Source: Phycisphaerae bacterium (GTDB lineage Bacteria; Planctomycetota; Phycisphaerae; UBA1845; Fen-1342). From it: a DNA stretch of 64,000 bases. The stretch spans positions 148,259 through 212,258 of the forward strand of contig JASFQK010000003.1 in the NCBI GenBank assembly GCA_050115495.1. Direction: 5' to 3'. Each line of letters begins with the position of its first letter. Positions within the stretch are counted from its first letter, which is position 1. Of this stretch, positions 40,161 to 49,129 are shown in pieces. Below the pieces are notes generated by a model. That model searched no databases. It had not been told where the DNA came from and was given only the letters and a program-made list of their open reading frames with translations. A program made the position numbers and the translations under genes.

Positions 40161-40855
40161 TGTGTGGACACGCAACAACGGTACGGCAGGACATGCCGAC
40201 GTGGTCGGCGCTGAAGGATTTGGTCGCCGGGTTGGGGGAGCGGGACATCAACCGCCCGCTCGGTCGGGCCAGCGGTGACGAGCCGCTGTTGCCGGCGCCG
40301 GAGGTCGTGGCTGAGGCCGTCGCCCGGGAGTTGCTTTGCATCAGGCAGCGAATGGCGGCGGCGCTGGGGTGGCTTGAGCAAGGGATCATCGCCGATTTCG
40401 AGTTCGCGGCCGACGATTGCGAGGCGGGCCGGCGGCTGGCGGTGGACGAGCTGCACGATGCGCAGACCCGGCTCCATGAATGCGGCGGAGCGCTGCTGAC
40501 CTGGCTGCGCCTGGTCGGGCACAGCTCGATTGTGCCGTTGGATGCGGAATCATGGGCGGCGCTCTGCGCTTTGGCGGAAGACACGCTGCCGCACCCGCAC
40601 GCGGGCTACGTCAGCGAGCTCGTCAAGGCGGCCGTCGTGAACCTGTCAGAGCGACAGGACGCCCCGGCGGTAGTCGCGCGCGGCGAGTGTGAGCGGCTCC
40701 GGGCGTGCGGGTTCAAGCTGAAACCGGACCGGTGGCCGTCTGTCCAGGTCGGCGGCGGGAAGCCCTGGCCGGCGACGGAAGCGAAGAATGGCAAGAGCGG
40801 CAAGGCGTCGCGGGCGAAGGCGTCCGCGGGCAAGGCCGCGGTGGCGGTTGCTTGA
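40157..40855 (+). CDS. Hypothetical protein
   Basis: 232-aa ORF, GTGA overlap with the upstream gene, Lys/Ala-rich tail. Confidence 0.65.
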   Translation: MMCGHATTVRQDMPTWSALKDLVAGLGERDINRPLGRASGDEPLLPAPEVVAEAVARELLCIRQRMAAALGWLEQGIIADFEFAADDCEAGRRLAVDELHDAQTRLHECGGALLTWLRLVGHSSIVPLDAESWAALCALAEDTLPHPHAGYVSELVKAAVVNLSERQDAPAVVARGECERLRACGFKLKPDRWPSVQVGGGKPWPATEAKNGKSGKASRAKASAGKAAVAVA

Positions 40856-40865
40856 GGATCTGAGC

Positions 40866-41948
40866 ATGTACGGGTGTCTGGTTGCGAAGGTGGGCGGCGT
40901 GCCCAAGCGTGAGTTTCGCATCGTCCCATACGGCGCGGTCGATGCGGTCAACGCCGCGAAGGGCGGGCCGTTCACCTTCACACGCGAACACGCCCGACAG
41001 GCGGTCTCGTGGTTCCAGCGGGTGGGCCGAAAGCTGATGATCGACTACGAGCATCAAAGCGTGCAGAGTTTGAACACCCGGCCGGACGGGCTGTCGCCCG
41101 CGGCCGGGTGGATCGGGCGTATCGAAGCCCGTCCGGATGGACTCTGGGCGGCGGATGTCGAGTGGACGGCCGCCGCTGCGGAAGCCCTTCGGCGCGGGGA
41201 GTACGCCTACTTCTCGCCGGTCATTTACTGGGGCGACCGGAACCATGGCACACTCGACAGCTTGGGGCCGATCGCGCTCACCAACGATCCGAGTATGACC
41301 AACGTCGAGCCGCTCGTCGCGACGCGGCTACACGTGGATGTGTTCGCCGGCGACGGCGCCGGCGGAAGTGAGACCAGCCCGGGCAGGACGCCGCGGGGCG
41401 CAACACAAGGAGACGGTATGAGCCCGATGGATCGGGTGGCGGAGGCCCTTGGGCTTGCGCCCGGGGCGAGTCTGGAAGAGATCCTCGCCGAGATCAAGCG
41501 GCGGGGTGGCGCACAGACGACGGCGGCGATTCGCGCGCGACTGGGACAGCTCGAAGCGGGAGTCACGGCACTGACGGGCTGTCCGGCGCGCGGGGCGAAC
41601 GACGAAGCCGGCTGGGCGGCGGAGTACGACGCAAACCTCCCCGACGCGGAAACGGGACGTCCTCTTCAGGACTGCTTCATGAGCAGAGACAACTACGTCC
41701 ACTACATGAAGGCGGTACAGGATGGGCTTGTTACCACGCGCCCCAGCCGACAGCAGCGGGCGGCGACGGTTGCCAAGCGCAGAGCGGAAGAGGGGATGTC
41801 GGACGCGACCTTCGAGGCCGTTCTGAGGAGGGAGTGGAACGGCAACGTGGTCGACGAGACCGGCCGTCGCGTGCGCGAGTGTTTCTTCAGCTTCGAGAAC
41901 TTCGCCGCGTACCGGCGGGGCGTGAGATCGGAACGCATCACAGCGTAG
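40866..41948 (+). CDS. Mu gpI-like prohead protease with C-terminal scaffold region
   Basis: LMIDYEHQS, SPAAGWI, DGLWAADVEWT, EYAYFSPV, ALTNDP motifs of Mu-like prophage I proteases. Confidence 0.9.
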   Translation: MYGCLVAKVGGVPKREFRIVPYGAVDAVNAAKGGPFTFTREHARQAVSWFQRVGRKLMIDYEHQSVQSLNTRPDGLSPAAGWIGRIEARPDGLWAADVEWTAAAAEALRRGEYAYFSPVIYWGDRNHGTLDSLGPIALTNDPSMTNVEPLVATRLHVDVFAGDGAGGSETSPGRTPRGATQGDGMSPMDRVAEALGLAPGASLEEILAEIKRRGGAQTTAAIRARLGQLEAGVTALTGCPARGANDEAGWAAEYDANLPDAETGRPLQDCFMSRDNYVHYMKAVQDGLVTTRPSRQQRAATVAKRRAEEGMSDATFEAVLRREWNGNVVDETGRRVRECFFSFENFAAYRRGVRSERITA

Positions 41949-42020
41949 GCCGCTGCGGGCATCGGACGAGAAGACACCAGCAGCCACGAACGGCTGCGTA
42001 GCTTGAGAAAGGATTCGGGA

Positions 42021-42863
42021 ATGACCGATGTGGGACTGACTGAGAAGCCGATTACCAGCAAGCTGTCCGAGCAGGCGGCGGCGCTGTTGGCGGATCGGCG
42101 TGCCAAGGCGGGGCAGGCGTACTCGGAGATGCTTCGCCGCAACGATTCGCCGCAGGCAGGCGACGCTGAGCGACTGGCGGACGTGATGCACACGCTGGGG
42201 CGGGACGGCAATGACCTCGAAGACGACACGCTCCTGGTGCAGAAGATCATGGAGGCGGAACAAGCCGCCGGTGACCTGGAGGCCTTCGAGGCGACCGAGG
42301 CGCCGCCCATCGCGCAGAAGTACCGCGATGGAATGGCCCGGTTCAAGGCCGAGCGGGAGGCGTTCGAGAAGCGGTGGCATGAGGAAATCGAGGCGCTGGA
42401 ACGCGAGTGGAGCCTCTGCAAGCACAAGCGTGTGAACCTGAACACCGTCGCCAGACAGCTCGACTTCCTGCGGCGGAAGTGGGCGGAGCGGATCGGTCAG
42501 CCCTTGCCGCCGGTGAAGCGGGAGACCATTCCGGCTCCGAAGCCGTCGCGTGAGGAAGTGATTGCCCGCATGAAGCGGGAGTGCGAGCGATTCACGTTCA
42601 GCGTGGCGGTAAGTCAACGGACCCGGTGGACAGTAGCCGACGGCGTAGGCCGTGGCTGGAGGATACGAACATGGGACAACCGATTCACGCAGAGCAGCAG
42701 AAGCAGCAGTTGTTGCTCGCCTGGCTCGCGGTTGAGCCGGGCCTGCAAAACCTGGACACGCTCCCGCCGCAGGTCCTCGACCTGGAAGAGTGCTTTCACA
42801 CGGTGCCGCAGTCCATCGCGCACCTGGTTCGGCCGGGGGGCAGCGCTACGTATCGCGAGCTGA
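42021..42863 (+). CDS. Hypothetical coiled-coil protein
   Basis: First ~195 aa are protein-like; the tail overlaps the next gene by 193 bp, so the end is uncertain. Confidence 0.6.
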   Translation: MTDVGLTEKPITSKLSEQAAALLADRRAKAGQAYSEMLRRNDSPQAGDAERLADVMHTLGRDGNDLEDDTLLVQKIMEAEQAAGDLEAFEATEAPPIAQKYRDGMARFKAEREAFEKRWHEEIEALEREWSLCKHKRVNLNTVARQLDFLRRKWAERIGQPLPPVKRETIPAPKPSREEVIARMKRECERFTFSVAVSQRTRWTVADGVGRGWRIRTWDNRFTQSSRSSSCCSPGSRLSRACKTWTRSRRRSSTWKSAFTRCRSPSRTWFGRGAALRIAS

Positions 42864-43291
42864 TTCAGCGGCTGAAGCGCATGCGGCGTCTGGCGACCTG
42901 GATCGAAGACGAAGACGGCCTGGACACGCTGCCCGGCATGCCGGAAGGCGTCCAGTTGCTGAGCGACTGCGGGCACGCTGTGCCGGAGTCGGTGTCGGCG
43001 AAGGTCGGCTTCAACGGCCCGACCGGTTACGGGGCGGTGGTGGAGCGTCTGGGGCACATGGGGGCGCTGCTACGCTTCCTGGACGGGCATCCCGACGGCT
43101 TGCGGCCCGGCGACGAGATTCCGGCGGACGTGCTGAAGCTGAAGGACTGTTCGGTTCCCATCCCGTCGGCGAGCGAATCGACCGCGTCGGCGGCGGTGGG
43201 TCTGTCCGGACGCGTGTCCTACGGGTTGATCGTCGGGCGGCTGCTTGAGCTGAAGGCCGCGCCCGCGACCGACCAGCCCGCAGCGGAATAG
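42671..43291 (+). CDS. Hypothetical protein with three internal ~57-aa repeats
   Basis: Repeat 'L....GL....P..V..L.(D/E)C...(V/I)P.S...V...G...Y....RL'; GGAGGA RBS. Confidence 0.7.
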   Translation: MGQPIHAEQQKQQLLLAWLAVEPGLQNLDTLPPQVLDLEECFHTVPQSIAHLVRPGGSATYRELIQRLKRMRRLATWIEDEDGLDTLPGMPEGVQLLSDCGHAVPESVSAKVGFNGPTGYGAVVERLGHMGALLRFLDGHPDGLRPGDEIPADVLKLKDCSVPIPSASESTASAAVGLSGRVSYGLIVGRLLELKAAPATDQPAAE

Positions 43292-43425
43292 ACGACCGCC
43301 CGGCGGCGGTTCTGCGGGCCTTCGATGAGCGATTGATTAGCCGTCGAAGGACGACATAGAGGCCGAACCGACGGCCTTATTGAGACGCCCGGTGGGGGGC
43401 CGGGCTTGGAGTTTGCGCCCGTTTT

Positions 43426-43473
43426 CGACCGGTCTTTTCGTGCAGCGCGACCGGTCTTTTCGCGCGCCGATCA
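43426..43473 (-). repeat. Right end with two tandem putative transposase-binding sites
   Basis: CGACCGGTCTTTT at 43426-43438 and 43448-43460 (22-bp period); terminus ...CGATCA at 43473. Confidence 0.85.
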
Positions 43474-43534
43474 TGAAGGGCCCGCGAGGTGGCCGGAGGG
43501 GGTTTTGAGCCGCCCGGTCGCTGTGTGACTCATA

Positions 43535-43562
43535 ACGTCCTATAATATATATTATGTTGCGT
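43535..43562 (+). other. dif-like XerCD recombination site
   Basis: ACGTCCTATAA-TATATA-TTATGTTGCGT, 11-6-11 layout, intergenic, strikingly AT-rich; close to B. subtilis dif as recalled (ACTTCCTAGAA-TATATA-TTATGTAAACT). Confidence 0.8.
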
Positions 43563-43645
43563 TCGGCATAATGGGCGGGTAGGGTGCATTAGCCCCCCGG
43601 CCCCGGGCCTTTTCGTATATCCGACTGAGGGTTGGGATTGCTGGG

Positions 43646-43972
43646 CTACGGCTGGCGGTTGTCGGCCGGTGCGGCGGTTTGAAGCTGGCTTAACTCAAAG
43701 CCAGCCAAGGGCTTAAGCTGACGCCGGTTATAGTCGTAGCTGTAGACGATCATACGCTTGGCGGCGGCGTCGAGGACGATCACGCCCTCGTTCGACGTCG
43801 TAAGTTGTTGCGTGCAAACGACATAGTCTCCGCTGCGGTCGCTCATGCCGATGGCCTGCGCCGGCGGCGCAGAATTCACCAGCAAGAGCCCGACGAAGAA
43901 AATGCACGCGGTCACACTCAGAACGCCGATGGCAAACGTCCGGGCGTCGATCGTGGTGGATGGCGTGCTCAT
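43646..43972 (-). CDS. Hypothetical small membrane-anchored protein
   Basis: TM plus beta-rich tail; operonic. Confidence 0.75.
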   Translation of the reverse strand: MSTPSTTIDARTFAIGVLSVTACIFFVGLLLVNSAPPAQAIGMSDRSGDYVVCTQQLTTSNEGVIVLDAAAKRMIVYSYDYNRRQLKPLAGFELSQLQTAAPADNRQP

Positions 43973-43975
43973 GGT

Positions 43976-44263
43976 TTAGTCCCGGTTGTTACGGAAATCA
44001 CGTTCGAGATCTCGCCAGTCGCTGTAGGTCAGCTCCTGACGGCCACGGTCCCAGTAGAAGACGTGCAGCGTGCGCGCACGAAGATCGAACACGTACAGCG
44101 CATCGTGCTCGTCCTGGATCTCGCCGGCGACCATGATGTAGTTGCCGGCCAGGCCGGTGCCCTGGGCGGCGGCGGTCGGCAGCGAGTAGCTGGCGAGGCA
44201 CAGTCCGGTAAGCAGGACCAAGTTCAAGCAGACCAGCAAGGCGACGATGTAGTCTCTGCGCAT
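43976..44263 (-). CDS. Hypothetical small exported protein
   Basis: Hydrophobic leader, GGAGG RBS; similar to the neighbouring gene. Confidence 0.75.
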   Translation of the reverse strand: MRRDYIVALLVCLNLVLLTGLCLASYSLPTAAAQGTGLAGNYIMVAGEIQDEHDALYVFDLRARTLHVFYWDRGRQELTYSDWRDLERDFRNNRD

Positions 44264-44276
44264 GGCGCCTCCCGCA

Positions 44277-44501
44277 TCAATCGAGATGGCTTCGGTGCGG
44301 ATTCTTGAAGGCGATCAGCATGCAGACGGCGATGAAGCCGACCCCAAACAGCCACTGGAGCCAGGGCTTCGTGAATTCCATCACCGGGACGTCGACGTAC
44401 GGGGGCTCATCGTCCTGAGCGAAGGCAGGCTCGGCGACGACGATCAGCAGGACTAGCAGGGCTGCCGCGAGACGGAAAAATCTTGACCAGCCGTACGACA
44501 T
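44277..44501 (-). CDS. Hypothetical small protein
   Basis: Signal peptide (AFA/Q), TM, C-terminal KNPHRSHLD. Confidence 0.7.
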   Translation of the reverse strand: MSYGWSRFFRLAAALLVLLIVVAEPAFAQDDEPPYVDVPVMEFTKPWLQWLFGVGFIAVCMLIAFKNPHRSHLD

Positions 44502-44764
44502 CCGGGGATCTCCGTAGCGGGTCCAGGGGGACCTTCACCACAGGCATGGTAGCGGTGCCCGGTGGTCTGGGCAAGCGCCGGCCGATTCGGTGGCGGCACT
44601 ACGGCCCCCCTGCCCCGGCGGCGCAGCTTGAGTTTCGGCTGGTCAGCGGATATCGTCCCCATTTGAACGACGGCAGCCTATCGGTGGGCGTCGGCTCCCG
44701 TCCCCGCAAGCGGGTCATCTGGACGCTCCCCCAATCACAGCCAGATTAGTATGGTGAGGACGGC

Positions 44765-46084
44765 ATGAGTGTGGACCCACGGAAAGTGATCATTCTGGGC
44801 GCTGCGGGGCGCGATTTTCACGATTTCAACACGTATTGGCGCGACAACCCGGCGTACGAGGTCGTAGCCTTCACGGCGACACAGATCCCGGACATCGAGG
44901 GACGCGTCTATCCGCCGGTGCTGTCGGGCCCGCGCTATCCGAAGGGTATTCCGATCTACGCCGAGGAAGAGCTGCCGAAGCTCATCGAGCAGACCGGCGC
45001 CGACCTGTGCACGATCGCCTATTCCGATCTGCCGCACGCGGTGGTGATGCACAAGGCGTCGCTCGTGAACGCTTGCGGGGCGGACTTCATGATCCTGGGC
45101 CACCGGCACACGATGCTGAAGAGCAACAAGCCGGTGATCGCCGTCTGCGCCGTGCGCACGGGCTGTGGCAAGAGCCAGACATCGCGGGCGGTCGTGTCGA
45201 TCCTGAAGAAGCTCGGGAAGAAGGTGGCGGCGGTGCGGCACCCGATGCCGTACGGCGACCTGGCCAAGCAGGTTTGCCAGCGGTTCGCCACGCTCGAGGA
45301 CATGGACAAGCACGAGTGCACGATCGAGGAGCGCGAAGAGTACGAACCGCACATCGCTACGGGCAACGTGGTCTTCGCCGGCGTGGACTACGCGAAGATT
45401 CTCGCGGCCGCCGAGGCTGAGGCGGACGTGGTTCTGTGGGACGGCGGGAACAACGACATGTCGTTCTACAAGCCGGACCTGTACATCACGGTCGTCGACC
45501 CGCACCGGCCCGGTCACGAGCGCGCCTACTACCCGGGTGAGACGAACCTGCACATGGCCGACGTCATCGTCGTGAACAAGGTCGGCACGGCCCGGCCGGA
45601 AGACGTGCAGACGGTGCTGAAGAACATCGCCGAAGTGAACCCGCAGGCGACCGTCATCCAGGCGAACTCGCCGGTGACCGTGTCCGATCCGTCGCAGATC
45701 AAGGGCAAGCGCGTGCTGGTGGTCGAGGACGGCCCGACGCTGACGCACGGCGAGATGAAGTACGGCGCCGGGCACGTGGCGGCGCGGCAGTTCGGGGCGG
45801 CGAAGATCGTTGATCCTCGCTCGGTGGCCGTCGGTTCGATCCGCAACACCTTCGCCAAGTACACGCACGTGAGCGAGGTGCTGCCGGCGATGGGCTACGG
45901 CGACACGCAGGTCAAGGAGCTCGAGCAGACGATCAACGCGGTCGATTGCGACCTCGTGCTGATCGGCACGCCGATCGACCTGGGCCGCATGCTCAAGATC
46001 AACAAGCCGACGATGCGCGTGCTGTACGAGCTGGAAGAGCGTCAGCCCGGCCAGCTTGAGGCGGCGATTCGGAAGGTCGTGTAG
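44765..46084 (+). CDS. Cyclic 2,3-diphosphoglycerate synthase-like P-loop GTPase (COG2403-like)
   Basis: GAAGRDFHDFN, AVRTGCGKSQT, RHPMPYG, WDGGNND, EDGPTLTHG. Confidence 0.85.
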   Translation: MSVDPRKVIILGAAGRDFHDFNTYWRDNPAYEVVAFTATQIPDIEGRVYPPVLSGPRYPKGIPIYAEEELPKLIEQTGADLCTIAYSDLPHAVVMHKASLVNACGADFMILGHRHTMLKSNKPVIAVCAVRTGCGKSQTSRAVVSILKKLGKKVAAVRHPMPYGDLAKQVCQRFATLEDMDKHECTIEEREEYEPHIATGNVVFAGVDYAKILAAAEAEADVVLWDGGNNDMSFYKPDLYITVVDPHRPGHERAYYPGETNLHMADVIVVNKVGTARPEDVQTVLKNIAEVNPQATVIQANSPVTVSDPSQIKGKRVLVVEDGPTLTHGEMKYGAGHVAARQFGAAKIVDPRSVAVGSIRNTFAKYTHVSEVLPAMGYGDTQVKELEQTINAVDCDLVLIGTPIDLGRMLKINKPTMRVLYELEERQPGQLEAAIRKVV

Positions 46085-46094
46085 CCGCAGCGCT

Positions 46095-46481
46095 CTACCC
46101 GGGTATGCAGGGTACCTGGCTGTCATTCATGGCCAGGAAGCGTCCGAAGTGGCTGACGACCTCCTCGGCGGGACAAACGCCGGAGAGCGCGAGCGCTTCG
46201 GCGACCTCGGTCGATGCGCGCAGCCGTTGGACGAGCAGGAGCATCTCGACCTGGGCGGACGTGAGCAGCCCCTTCTCGACGGCGATTTCGCCGAAGGGGC
46301 GGTAGCAGGCGCGCTGTTCCTCCAGGATGCTCTCGACGTCCCAGGCGGAGATCAGGCCGTAGCTCAGGGCGATGGAGCCGATCGGCTCGCGGGTGGTCCT
46401 GATGACGGTCTGAAGGCGGTCCTGCTTGTCCGGCGAGAGGACACCGATAGCCGCCAGGTACTCGATGAACGCGTTGCGCAT
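46095..46481 (-). CDS. Hypothetical protein (MshEN/GSPII-N-like repeats)
   Basis: PIGSIALSYGLI...ILEEQ and PFGEIAVEKGLLT...LLLVQ. Confidence 0.7.
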   Translation of the reverse strand: MRNAFIEYLAAIGVLSPDKQDRLQTVIRTTREPIGSIALSYGLISAWDVESILEEQRACYRPFGEIAVEKGLLTSAQVEMLLLVQRLRASTEVAEALALSGVCPAEEVVSHFGRFLAMNDSQVPCIPG

Positions 46482-46588
46482 GCCGGGCCCCAGAGACAGT
46501 GAATGTCGAGGACAACTGGGGAATCGACCGGATGGCGGCCCGGCTTGAAGCCGACCTCGGCAATCTACCGAGACGATAACTCAGGGGT

Positions 46589-46617
46589 GACCCGCCCGGC
46601 GCTTGGCCGGGCGGGTC
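46589..46617 (-). terminator. GC-rich hairpin downstream of the prolyl oligopeptidase gene
   Basis: GACCCGCCCGGC / GCCGGGCGGGTC 12-bp stem; no U-tract. Confidence 0.45.
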
Positions 46618-46651
46618 GCACCTGATCTGGGGCGGGTGGGCCCTACCTCCC

Positions 46652-48838
<2,187 letters not shown>

Positions 48839-49129
48839 GAGGATTCACTCCGCCTGAATAGCGCTCGCTCCGCCGGGCCCACCCAACGCGGGCCGGCAGT
48901 TCGGGCGATTATCGCCGAAGCGGCGGCGGGTGAATAGGACCTTCGGCGGGTGGAGTTATGAGACGGCGGTTCGGCGGGGGGAGTAGGCCTGACGGGCATT
49001 GCGTCGCCGACACGCCACCCAGCTTCAAATCGTCATGCTGCCCCCCTGCCCCGACGATGAATCCAAGGCTCTGTCCGTATGCCCGGACCGCCGGATGGTC
49101 CGCATAAATCAACCAAGGAGTTGACCGCC

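Larger units (their letters stand above)
29466..43473 (+). mobile_element. Mu-like transposable element (mini transposable phage or satellite), 14,008 bp
   Basis: 26-bp terminal inverted repeats (21/26 identical), repeated end sites, repressor-cro-A-B early module, Mu I-type protease. Confidence 0.85.
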
